A stretch of DNA of 64,000 nucleotides from Vicugna vicugna (lineage: Eukaryota), in NCBI GenBank assembly GCA_013265495.1, contig MU058009.1, positions 1,676,001 to 1,740,000 of the forward strand, written 5' to 3'. How positions within the stretch are numbered: position 1 is the stretch's first letter; each line of letters opens with the position of its first letter. The notes under the pieces are model-generated. The model saw only the letters and a list, made by a program, of their open reading frames with translations, searched no databases and was not told where the DNA came from. Below are positions 22,656-35,100 of the stretch, in pieces. The position numbers and the translations under genes are program-made.

Positions 22656-25600
22656 CAGTGTCTGGGCTCACTTGGTTAAACTCTGCAATGTTGAGAAGGC
22701 AGAGCCCACCAAGGAACAGGCAAGAAGATGTCTTCTGATGAGCAGAAATTTGATTTTTCTCTTAGCTGCAGTACCAGTCAGGCCAGGGATGAAGCCCTCC
22801 CTCTCAAGCCAAGTGCCGGCTGATGGCTGCATCTGACCGGCTTCTTGCCTTTCCTACGAAGCCGGGGTTTGAGGTATTTCGCCTCTAATGTCAAGAAACT
22901 GGCATCGCTGCTCTTCCCCACCAACAGGAATCCTTCTGGCCTGAGGATCACCGGAGGCACCAAAAGATGCTTAAGGAGAGTAATTTGCATTCTATTTTTC
23001 ACAATTTAAAACTATTTCAATCTTTTGGGAACTCTTCATATGATGTTTTGCAATTTTTTAAGCACCTAGAATTATTTCAAAATGAAAAGCTAGTACATTT
23101 ATAAAATGCTGAAAAGATTAAAATCCTGGGGGGGGAGTTCTACTTTTGCACAGCTCTTGAGAACTGATACATGGTGTTTCCCCATTGAGAATAATTTCTT
23201 AACATCGTCGCTAAATTTACTGCTTGACTTTCTTCTAGTAAGTACTGTCCCAAATGTCCCCTCCAAGTTCTGGATGCAGCCAGCACTTGGTCAGCAGGAG
23301 CACCAAGTCTGCCCTCTCCTCTGAGAAACAAAACTGATCGCAACCATCCTTCCCTCACTGCTCTAGAAGCCACTTTCCCCCCATCTGAACTCCCAAGCCG
23401 GTCATACACTGTGTCACATCACGTCACAATTAAATTACCTTTTATTTTAATCTCTTTTCAGGTAAAATCATGCTTCCTAAAATAAATGACATTGATTTTT
23501 TTTTTAAATGAAACTTGTATATTTCTCCTTCTGGATCTGTCACCCAACACAAGGCTGGTCACAGAGGAAAAGTTCGACCAACATTTGTCACCAGAGGGAC
23601 TGAGAGAGAGACTTACTGATCTTGTCAACTAGACCTTGCCGTCTTTCTTCAGAGTCAGGATCTTCCTAACAATAAGTAACTAATCTGCAAATTCCCCTCT
23701 GGAAAATAGACCTAAGCCACAGTGTTCTCCCGGATAAGCAAACCATCAGTCTACAATGAAAAATGTAGTCTCAATTTGTGGAAGTGCCTCCACGTTGCTA
23801 AGGTTCCTATGAGATGCTACTCCAGCCACAAGCCCTGGACTCACATTCCATGCATTATCCTCAGGTCCCACAGCCAACCAGGTCAGTCATAGCACCAACC
23901 CTCGAGTCCTCATCTGTTCCATGGGGTTAACAAGAGCTCCCACCGCAAGGGCTTCATTGCAGGTTAAAGAAGTGGCCCTTGCAAGGCACCTGCCAAGGGT
24001 CCCAGAACAGCCAGGGGCTCGATAAACGTGAGGGGTTATTATCCGTCCTTGGGTGACGTGGAGGGGACCAGGTGTTATATCCAGAGACTCATCTAGATAG
24101 AAGGCTGAGTTCCCTAAAGCTACATTGTCAGTAGAGCAGGAACCAACAGGATGAAAGGGGAGGAAATAAGTTGCCTTCATATCTAACTTGGCCCAGGATG
24201 GAAGGAGCTCACAGGATTCGCCTCAAATGCCGCTAAACTGCTGCCCACCACATTTATTTTGGGGAACTACTAAATACATTTGATTTCCATAGAGAAGGGG
24301 AGAGACAGAAGGAGGGGAAAGAAGAAGAGGAGGAGGGAGGGAGGGCGAGAGAAAGGACCCCGCAGCTCCCTTCTGCTATTTGACACAGAAAAGGAAGTTC
24401 TGAGTGGTCATTAGGGAAGGAGTTGCTGTGGAAGATGGATCTGTACACCAACCAATGAAACCCTGAGGCTCAGCAGAGCTTGAATTCTCAGTGAGAAACC
24501 AGGCAGCACGTCGAGGAATCTAGGGAGACGGCGGTGCCGACTCTTGGTCTCCCCTGCATTTGTCTGCCTTCGGACTCGTCCTCCCGAGGCACCTGCACCC
24601 ATTTGTTACAACATGACTCCAGACTGTCCCGCAAGCTCACAGGCACCATCCTTAGTCTCCAAAGCTCTATGCGCTTTACTTCCGTTCTCTCACTTGGGGA
24701 AGTGGGTGGCACAAATCATCATGCACGTTTTAGGGATGGAGACTAGAAGGCACAGTCGTGTTGGATAACTTGTTCTCAGTTACAAAGCCGTCCCTGGTAG
24801 CCCCAAGCACACGTCCACTCCGAAGCCCATGTTGGTGCCAGCTGTGACCTTACTCGCCTTTGAACTCCACTATCATCAGGCAGTTGGCCCAGATCCATGC
24901 TCTCAATGGGTTCTCGAAGGTCACAGACGACTAGATGTGGAGGGGTTCCACCCTGTTCCCCACCCTCCCCCAGGCTCTCCTCTCAGACCTCCCGGTACCT
25001 GGCTAACTAGCACCTCGGTGTGAGGAGCCGCTAAGGGGAAGGTGCCCTCTCTGTAATCAGACTCGGCTTCCCACATCCTCAGCGGCGGAACCAGGACGGA
25101 AGAGGCTGCGTGGCCGCCGCCACTGTTTGTTTTTTCACTACTGAGTTGGCAAGGATGGAAGTTGTTGATTTACAATTAGAAGCAGCATGCTTCTTCAAAT
25201 ATTAATATTAATAACTACAATGCTGAACACATGAAAAGGTCTTTTCATCTTCAAAGCACTTTGCAGACATGAACTCATTAGCTCTCCCTCCCCTCCATTC
25301 AGAAACAACAGGTAAGGAGGAAACTCTGCATTGATAGCGGCCGCCCAGTGACCCTCCCTGCACAGCCCACGCCTGCAGAGGCAAAGGGGCTTCTCTTTAA
25401 GAGGAAGAGAAGGCGGTACCATCCACAACCACAACTGAGGAAGGTGCCAGGCATTTTACAAATCAAATGGAGCTGCCACAGTTACCATTTGAGAACCTCG
25501 ATGTCCTGTTGTTTAACAAATCTCTCTCCTTTCAGTTGCACAGTAATGGTATGAAGTCGGAGGGAAAATAGCCTTGTGACTTAAAAAAAAAAACTTACCC

Positions 25601-26456
25601 AAAAGGTAATAAAGAAGGCTGACAATCGAATGCCTCGATCTCAGTAATCAAACATTTTTGGAACAGTTCACCTCCATAAAATGCAACTTTAAAAGAGGGT
25701 AACAGAGACATTTCAACAGTAGATGAGAAGCCACAAGCAAAGTGAGATTGGTAGATATAAAATCCCTGAGTGGAGGGGAGCGGCCGTCCACACCCCTTGC
25801 TTGTCCACCGCGCTGCCCAGGGAGCCAGCCCTGCGCTGGAGGGAAGCTATGCCCACCTGGACCTTCAGACTCCCTCTGCCTCAAGCACAGTCCCAGGGCT
25901 GGAGGACCCGGGGGAACTGTGAGTCACAAGACGGGGGAAAAAAACCCAAAAAGTCTAGTTTGACTTACAAGACTCAAACCTGTAGCAATTTCCTCTCAGT
26001 AAAAACAATTCATAAAGCTGCTAAGCTTAAAAGAAATTTTGAAAAGGTTAAACAATGGCTCGCTAAGAGTGAAAGAGAAAAAAAAAGGAAAGAAATTTCT
26101 GTGTTGAACTGCAGCTTTATTCCTTTGGAAGTGCTCCAGTATGGGAAGAAAATTCCGTTTCTGACAAGTAATCTGTGAGGGTCTAAAACGTGCCTGATTT
26201 CGCTCTTATAAAGCAGGGGAGAGAGTGAAACGGTCTTGATCTCAGACTATTCCAACAAGGTTAGGAAGTGTTTTTGAAAACTATTATTAAACAATTGAAT
26301 GGAAAATACAGAAAAACGTGGAAAGAGAAAGAGAAGGTTGCTTGTATCCTAAAAAGACCCCATCAATTTACCAGTTAATTCCACTGAATTAAAAACAAAA
26401 AGGAAAGGAAAGGAAAATGGACTGCAAAGGTTTAGGCAAACTCACACCCCACTTAC

Positions 26457-26527
26457 TACTTTTCCGGAGAGACTGGGTGAAGAGTAGGTCCTGAGTGAGC
26501 GCCCCTCAATGTCTGTGGTCTCCTTCC
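26457..26527 (-). other. ETS1: Candidate non-coding first exon of the ETS1 long isoform (5' boundary approximate)
   Basis: A perfect GTAAGT donor lies at 26456-26451 (...ggaaaagta|gtaagtgg), ~12.8 kb upstream of the ATG exon. The ATG exon begins with a splice acceptor, so an upstream exon is required. The spacing resembles the recalled human gene layout, and the segment contains no ATG. Confidence 0.6.
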
Positions 26528-28278
26528 AACTACCTGCGGGAATCCTCTGCTCGGGGCTAAAGAGGATGCAAAGACCATAATGTTTCTAATAGAGCTGCCG
26601 TCTTAAATTAGGGGGTGTGGTCAAGTCCAGGAAAGCTGGGGGAAAAAAGGCAGTGTTCCACTGGCCCCTGACTCCACGGAGGCAGCGACTAGGACAGGGT
26701 CTACAGTGGAGATGGATGAGCAAATAAGGTTGAGCTAACACCAGATTCCACCTTAATTTACAGCCTTCCAATTACCATCCTACTAACTGTAACTCAGGCA
26801 GGGGAAGTGGTGGGGAGGGAGGCGAGCAAAGGAGAGCTCCCTCGGTGGGGTAACGTGGGTCTCAGCCTTTGCTGATGCTAACTCTCTGCTGAATATGTGA
26901 ATATTCATGATCCACACTTCTTGACTTTCCCAACGGAGCCCCACTTAACCTACACAAGGGGTCAGGAGAGGGTTACAGAGTCAGATCAGGAAAGGCTGTC
27001 AGAGAGCAGACTGTCTACCAGTGGGTCACCTGCTCAGGCTAGTAATCTGATGGGACATGTCATTATTTCCTAAGGAAAAGGAAAGAATGATATGGAAGAG
27101 AGCTTTCCAGATCAAGAGTTTAGAATTCTGAAAATTGAGCTCAGTTACCCTCCCATGTGAGTCTGGTTTTAGGTGATCTCTCAGATAGGGCAGGTGCAGT
27201 GACCCTGATGCCCTGTCCCTCGTGCAGGAAAACTTACATGATCCCCACTTAGAGAAAATGTGAACAGTGTGGAAATCCTGTTTTCGGTGAAACTATACAG
27301 CTCCTTACAGTCACATGTTCAGGACCATGGTAAGGATGTTACGGCAACATCGTTTCTATGAACAGGGTTATTTCATTACAGAATCTTTTTAAGTCCATAT
27401 TTGGCTGCATAATTTAAGGCTTTTATCCTGCAAGTTTCCGTCTACTTTGAAAAATGGATAGGAGTTAAAATTTGCCATGGTTGACTCCTTTCCCTTTCTA
27501 ATGAAGACACCAGTGCTCAACTTTGGAAAACCATGAAGATCTAATCAGTGTCCTTCAGAGCAGCAGCATCTTTATGCTTCATTGTGTAAAGCTAGCAATG
27601 CAGTTAAGACGGTGTTGCCATTCAAACAAGATCTTCCTGCCCATCTTTGCCTTTGCAGATGAACGTGACTTAGAGGAAAGGACGAGGTACTGCTTTTGGT
27701 TCAGCTTTGTTTGGTAAATGTCTGTCCCAGGCGCTGTGATAGGCACTGGGGGAAACAGCAAGCTCACACTGCAGTGGGGAGACGGGTCCGTAAGTCAGCC
27801 GTCTCAGTGGACTGTGATGCCTGCCAGGAGGGGATCCACGCCGGGAGCTTCAGCCTGTCCTGGGGAGCCTGGTCACTTCCAGCACATGGCCCCATTTAGA
27901 AAGTCCATGGCCAATTAAACCAATCAAAACTAATTACAACTGTATTCATTAACGTTTGCAAGAGAGTTAAAAGGAAAAAAAAATAGTAGAGAAGACCTGG
28001 ATTCTTGGAGTCTTGTCTGACATGTACAGGGTGTCCAGGGTGGTGACTGAAGCGCTCTGGAGTCTGGCGCAGTCTACATTGAGTTCACGTAGACAGCGAC
28101 CCTTTAGAACCTTAGCCCCATCCTCTGCCACTGCCTATTGTGGGGGTCAAGAGCGTGAGCTAGAAATGGGAACAATGCCAAATGAGCCACACCCCCACTG
28201 TGCATTGCTAGAGAATGCCCAAGGAAACAGCAAGTTTTGTTTTCAACCATGTCTTTAAAAAATATAGCACTAGATGAG

Positions 28279-29460
28279 AATCCACATGCAAAAGAATGAA
28301 GTGGGACCCTTACCTTACCTTGTCTACAGAAAAGAGCCCAAAATGGATCAATGACCTAAATATAAGAGCTAAAACTATACAGCTCTGAAGAGAAAACATG
28401 GAAACATCGTGACATTGGCTTTGGCAATGATTTATTGGAATCACACCAAAAGGCAAAAAAAAAGCTAAGTTGGACTTTATCAAAATTTAAAACTTTTATA
28501 CATCAGAGAAAACTATTTAAAAAGTGAAATGCACTCCACAGAATGATAAAAAAAATTTCCAAATCCCTTATGATGGATTAATATTCAGAGTATATACAGA
28601 ACTCTTACAACTCAACAACAAAAACAACTCCATTAAAAAATGGGCGAAGAACTTGACCAGATATTTCTCCAAAGACATACACATGGCCAATAAGCACATG
28701 AAGAAGTAGTCAGTGTGACTATCTATCAGGGAAACGCAAATCAAAAACCACAATGAGATACCATTTCACACCTATGAGGATGGTGGATATCGAAAAATAA
28801 ATAAGTAAATAACAAGGTTGGCGATGATGTGGAGAAATGGGAACCCTTGTTGACAGCTGATGAGAATGGAAAATAGTGCAGCAATTATGGAAACCAGTAT
28901 GACAGCTCCTTATGCAATTAAACACAGAATTACCATGGATTCAGAATTCCACTTCCAGGTACATACCCAAAGGAGTTGAAAGCAGGGACTCAAACGGATA
29001 TGTGTACACCGATATTTATAGCAGGATTATTCACAACAGCCAAAATGTAAAGACAATCCAAATGGCCATTGACAGATGAATGGATAAACAGAATGTGGTC
29101 TCTACAAACAATGGAATATTACTCAACCTTGAAAAGGAATCAGGTTCTGATGCCTGCCACAACATGGATGAACCTTGAGGATAACATGTGAAATGAAATA
29201 AGCAGACACAAAAGGACAAATATTGGATGATTCCAGTGTGGAAAAGAATCAAATTCATAAACACAGAAAGTAGAATAGAGGTTACCAGGGTCTGCAGGGG
29301 AAGAGGGATCGGAGAGTTCGAGTTTAACCAGGACAGAGTTTCAGTTCAGGATGATCAAAAAGTTTTGGAACAGGATGGTGGTGACAGTTCCTTAATGCCA
29401 CTGAACTGTACACTTAAAATGGTTAAAATAGTAAATTTTAAGTTACAAGTATTTTACCAA
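28279..29460 (+). mobile_element. Older L1 (L1M-type) ORF2 3' part plus 3' UTR, degraded
   Basis: Contains tccacatgcaaaagaatgaag, aaatcaaaaccacaatgagataccatttcacacc, gacagatgaatggataaac and ccactgaactgtacacttaaaatggttaaaat, with many stops and frameshifts. Confidence 0.9.
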
Positions 29461-31984
29461 AGAGCATATACTGTCCTGAAGAAAAACTATACAGCATTAG
29501 GGTTAAGTGGCCATCCATGGAGAAAGTACTTTGTCATCCACATGGATGGTGCGGGGCCAAGTGAAATGATCCTTCAAGAGGAAGGGGCACGAGCTCACAG
29601 GAGGGGGCAAGCTCTGCCTTCACGGCACAGGGCCCTGAGCCATGTCATCGATCAGAGAGGGGCTCACGACACCAGCCCAGCCTCACGGGGTTGTTGAGAT
29701 GACCGTATAATTAGATGACTATCTAAGCAGTAACCTGAAAAGGCAGTGCGGGCTGTTCTTTTCCGCTGTCTGCAATATTAAATTCTGTGGAGAAGGTCCT
29801 CACTTGAGATGATTGTATCGCTTAAGATCCTTCAGTTAAAAAAAACCACTAAAGCCCGGTGACCCAAGGAATATATTTTGGCTCCCTTGGGGAAGATCTA
29901 TGTTAAAAGAGTTATTTGCTTCCCTGAAGAGTTTCTTCACAGCCCAGCCTAAAGGATGGTGGTTTCAATATCACTGAGACACAGTGGGAACAGGGTCTGA
30001 ATGACTTGGGAGGAATGACCACCAAGCTATCGGCTGTTTTTACTGGGAAGAAATCCTCGTATAACCAGTTACATTGCAAGTTGGTCTCTCCTAAGAGAAA
30101 AAAATGCAGAAGGTGAATTCTCAGAGTCTCAGCGTTGCCGGGATGTTCAACCCTTCCCCATAAACCTTCCCTCCCTCCCACTCCAACCCCCAAACGTCAG
30201 GATGCCCTCATAGCAACCTATAAAGATTTTTCATACCACAGTCGGCGCACAAAAAGAGGTAGGTTTGCCCTGAACGATGGCATCAAACTTGGTGAGAAAC
30301 AAAGCGAAATGGTCACTTCTTGCATTTCATGCGTTTTCTCTTCTTTCCTTCCGTCTCCCCTGGAAAAACGTCAGATGCTTGCAAAGATTCCATAGGTGCA
30401 GGGAAGCGGCATCTAGACACATGAGCAAAACTGAGTAGGGGTGAAGCCAGACACCTTTCCCAGCGCAGCCTCCGCCCAGTGGGGAGGGGCCGTCTACTGG
30501 AAGATGAAAAGGAAGCCAAGAGCAGAGAACATTTGTCTCTTCATGCTCCAGCTCTGGACCCTCTTATCCTGTAGTGTGTAATGAATCTATCTCCTTTCCA
30601 TGATCAAAAGCCAAGCCTTGGTCTCGCGCCACAGACGGATCAGCAGTGGCACACCCGTGAGGGTGCACATCTGGCCCCCAGGTGCGGGGCCTCCGGGGGC
30701 CAGAGAGCCCATGCAGAAGCCAGAGTCCTCGGCAGGGTCCTCCCAGGCCCCCGTGGTGAGCTCCTCCAGCAGTGCTCACAGCAACTTCCCTCCCTGTGGC
30801 TTCCTCCCTGCTACGAGGCATTTTCCATTTGGGGCGAGGGTCAGGGGGAGTGTAGAGCCCCAGATGGACACTTGAGTAGCTTAGATAAAACTTGTGGAAA
30901 GTGTTGTCCATCCTGGTTCTCTTGGGCCCTCCGAGCATCCTTTAGATTCCAAAATTCACACAGTTCCAACCGAGCCAGGACAGATCACAGCCCACTGCAG
31001 ACCCGTCTCTCACCACCTCCTTTTTGGAGTTAAGTCCTTTCTCTGTATTTTTGTCACTCTGCCCCTGTTCCCTCCTCCCTCAGAATACCTTTACTCTTTC
31101 TCCCTGCCAGTCTAACTCCTACAAAGTTATTTTTAAATCTCAGTTTTTAATTATGCAATTAATACGTGGTTGTCGCTTACTCAAGCAATACAGAAGAGGG
31201 GGAATTAAAAACTGAAAATCACCGTCCCTGCCCCCTTTCGCCCAAACTCACACTGAAAAGTTAACTGCTGTTTCCTGTGTGATACGCAGTCCCCTAGACA
31301 TTTTTTCTTTAGCTTTTCCACGGGATTATGTTACAGGTATTTTGCTGTGACTTGCTATCAGGCAGTTGGCGGAAAGATGACATTTACTGGGTGTCATCTC
31401 GATGTCCACCCCGTCAGAGAGACCCCGTGCCTTACAGCAGCCACGCCGGAACCTACACGGTGCCCGAGAAGTTCCAGCTCAAGTGCTTTTCCCTCTGAGT
31501 GTCCCCAACACCCCAGCCTTCTCTCCCTGCAATTTCCACGCAGACGTCTCTGGGCTCATTTGTTGCCACCATGTGCTATTGCAGTGTTCGTGTCTCCCTC
31601 CCATGTCTGTCCTGCCTTCTCTCCCCGACTGGAGTGTGCTGCTGGGAGGGCAAGGTCTGTGCCCACGACATTCCCACATCACATAAAGAGCCCCTCAGCA
31701 AACCCCGGCATAACGCACGCTGACCCGGAGGGTGGGTTTGCCGAGTCGTGGCGCGCCAGGTCGGAGGACGGTACCCACGACACGACGCCAGTTCCGGAAA
31801 TCTGAAAGTGCGGACTCGCTGAGTATTAAGTCATCACCTCTGGTGGTATGGGAGACATTTTTTGTTTTATTCTTGTGATGTCGTCTGTGTTTTCTGATGT
31901 GTATAGAAGGTCCCGTCCCATTCAGAAGAAGAAGGTAAAAACCCATTTTATTTTTAAATCTGTGGCTTTCTTGGCCTGCCTAAG

Positions 31985-32195
31985 ATGACAGGAGACACAG
32001 TGTGACAGCACAGGCTCTGATATTAAGTTGCCCCAATTCAAACTCCAGACCTGCTTCTTTCTATGTTACCCGTGGGCATTTCCTTCAAGGTTTCTGGGTT
32101 TTATTTTCCTCCTATGAAGAATGAGGACAATGACAGACACACCTCAGGGTGCTGAGTGCTGACATTCAACTCATCGAGTCTGTACTCAATAAATA
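31985..32195 (+). mobile_element. MIR SINE
   Basis: Contains ttttcctcctatgaagaatgaggacaat...acctcagggtgctg...tactcaataaat. Confidence 0.55.
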
Positions 32196-35100
32196 TGGAC
32201 CACTGTTGTCAATGGCGGGGCCAGGTCAGTCCCCAGCCCAGTGGCATCCTCACTGCTCCACGAATCTTCAGAGGAGACCCCAGGGGCTGAAGGCCCCTCC
32301 CGGCTGCAGTGCCAGCTTGCTGATCAGGAGGAAAGAGTCTGATGCAGCACCCAGGGATGCCGTGAAGACGTGTTTGCTGGGAGAAGGTGTCCCGCTGAGT
32401 GTGTGCAAGGACAGTGGCACCGCGTCTTTGTGGTGCTTCACACCGGGCAGTGTTGGCCGCTGTGTTAATTTTTCCCTTTAAAGCTGCCCACCAATCACAC
32501 ATCGAGCCCAGTCGTAGAGTCAGGCTTACCTCCCATGACAACAACAAGGCAACCCTTTGAAGATCCCAATCATACTTACCAGTCCTGATATAGGAAGGCA
32601 AACCATTTTCATAGGAGGGGCACTGAGACCTCTAGTACGTTCCCGGACCTGCACTGGATAAAGTGGCCCTCACCTGCCCCCGATGTGGGAGGCTGTAAGG
32701 GCTTCTGGGAGGCAGCCTGAGCTCTGCCGCCTCCAAGATGTTCAAGAAGTCGCCAACTCACACTCTCCTTGGACCTTGGACATCTCTCCACCCATGCCCT
32801 ACAGCTGGCCTCAGTGTCATCTGCTCAGACAAGATATGCTTCCCCAAAAAGGACCATCACGACCACCAATTCCAGAAACCACAAGTTCACGAGCTGGGAA
32901 GAATCTTCAGGGATTCTACAACCCCATCACCTCTGAGATAAGCCAACGGAGTCAGACAGGGTCATCTCTTGGTGAAGAGAATGCTAACAAGTAAACTCAC
33001 TGTGTATCTTCAAAGCTAAATGCTCAGCCGATCATTTAGGAACCGTTGTCAGCTGCATATTGAACATCTTGGAGTGAGTCGAAGTCTCTGCATGCAGCTA
33101 CAGAGGAGCCAGTACTAAAGAAGCAAAATTCAGAGTCATCGAACGGTTGATGGAGTAATTCTGTTTTCACACCGAATGCCTGGAGAGTCAGTCTATAGCT
33201 CAGTCCCCAGTAAACCAGGGACAGGAGAGAGCAATCCACATACCGCAAAAGACCATCATGGGTTTTGAAGTTTCAAAATATGCTAGGACCAAAAGTCCAG
33301 CAACCACAGTCAGCCACAACCATAGGACGTTGAGAGATTTATAAAAAACCACATTCATCTGTCGTTAAGGCACTCATTATTTTGGCCCAGTGCTGATGAA
33401 AGATTAGCAGCAGACTAGTCTGGTTTTTGAGCCTTTTTCGAACACCATTTCCACCCAATGCCATGTTTGCCACTGACGTTTTTATGCTGGATACTTCCTT
33501 CTCTTCCTCAACGTCGCCAGGACAGTCCCCAACCTCGTGGACCAAGGAGAGAAACTAAGAAGATTCAAATGTCTCAGACCTTCATCTACATCTGGTTTCG
33601 ACCTGAATTCTACCTCTGCAGCAAGGCTTCCCTGACCGCCCCCTGGATTATGTCATCTCTTGATGCGGTTTAATAGGGCACCACTTTCTCTTTCGTAGCA
33701 AAAATTCTATTGTAATTATTTGTGTCATGTTCATCTCCTTTGTTAATTGTAAAACCCTGGGGCAAGAAATGGATCGACCTCATCCGCCATTGTTCCTGCA
33801 GCTCTTACCTCTGTGTCTAAAGCCTAAAGTAAAGGCTGTATAAATATCTGAAGGGGGTGAACGAGTAGATGGATGGGTGGATGGGTGGATGCATGGATGG
33901 CTATTTCAATGTGGGCTACATACATACCCGTAATCTCTCAACTTTGGTTCTTTGACATTTCATCTTTCTCCCATTGCTCCTGCTGTTTGCATACAGCACG
34001 ATTCCCAAATCTGGCACCCAGTTCTGTCCCTAGAGTACACATCACAACCACTGGTTCAACACGAACTTTTTCCCAATCACAAAAATAAACATGTCAGAAG
34101 AACAGTTTATCTTCGACAGAGCACAAAGTGAAGTGAAGCTCTGACAATTGACCAGAAGATTCGGGCTGTGTGTAAACAGACAGGATGAGTCACCACATTA
34201 CACCAGATTTCTTTTTGTCTGTTATCCGGGTAATTCAGCCTACATCTGGTGTGTTTTTTCCTTTACCATTTGAGTAGTTGCCTTCATCTTCATTCCCCCT
34301 ACATCCTTAATCGTATTTTTCCTTAAGGATAAGTTAAATCGAAGCAATTGACTTCTGATTGCTGGGCTGAATCTAGACTTTGAGGTTTTATTTCCCTCCT
34401 AGTTTGTTTCCTTAGAGTCTCAGGTCTGAACAACCCCTGAAATAAGTCACTTGTTCTTATTGATGGCTATTGGCCGCAGAAAGGTCTTCCCAGCTTACGG
34501 GTGTGTAGAAATGAGATCCCAGAACTGATTTAGAATGGGATGAGTGTGAAGAATGGAAAGCAACACTTTGGTTGTGCGGTCCAGTATTTTAACTCCTCAG
34601 TAAGCATATGGATCAGTTACTTACAGCACCATTTTCTTTTTAAAGAGCCAGCTAAGGAAATCACAAAAGCCTGAACTCGCATCCGGAATAGCAAAGATGC
34701 TGATCTTGCTCACAGAGAGAGACATGACCTGGGAGAATCTGGCTCATGACCTAATGAACATGAACTCCTGACGAGGGCTGTCTCTTGCAGCTTGCATCAC
34801 AGCCCATCCTTGGCCAAAACGCAACCTGATACCGCCCAGCACTTTTTATCTTATTTTGGTGGCATTTCAAAAGTGAGTTTTCAGAAATTCTGGGTGTTTG
34901 GATAATAGACTTCCCAAGAGGGCCGGAAGAAACAAAAAAAGTAAAAATGGGAAAAAAAGCATTATTACTTCTTCCTGAGAGTAGGGCAAAATCTTCTGAT
35001 AGGCTGGTACTTGTCTAGGTGGTAGAGAGCAGGCCTATAGGTGATCAAAAGTCAAGGAAGCTTCGAGTAAAGAACTTACATTGTAATTATGCTCTTACTC

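Noticed and set aside
25593..25598. Strong minus-strand donor GG|GTAAGT as an alternative ETS1 exon 1 end
   Set aside because: It cannot be excluded, but I found no supporting exon or promoter context. The donor at 26456 was preferred, and isolated GTAAGT hexamers are common.
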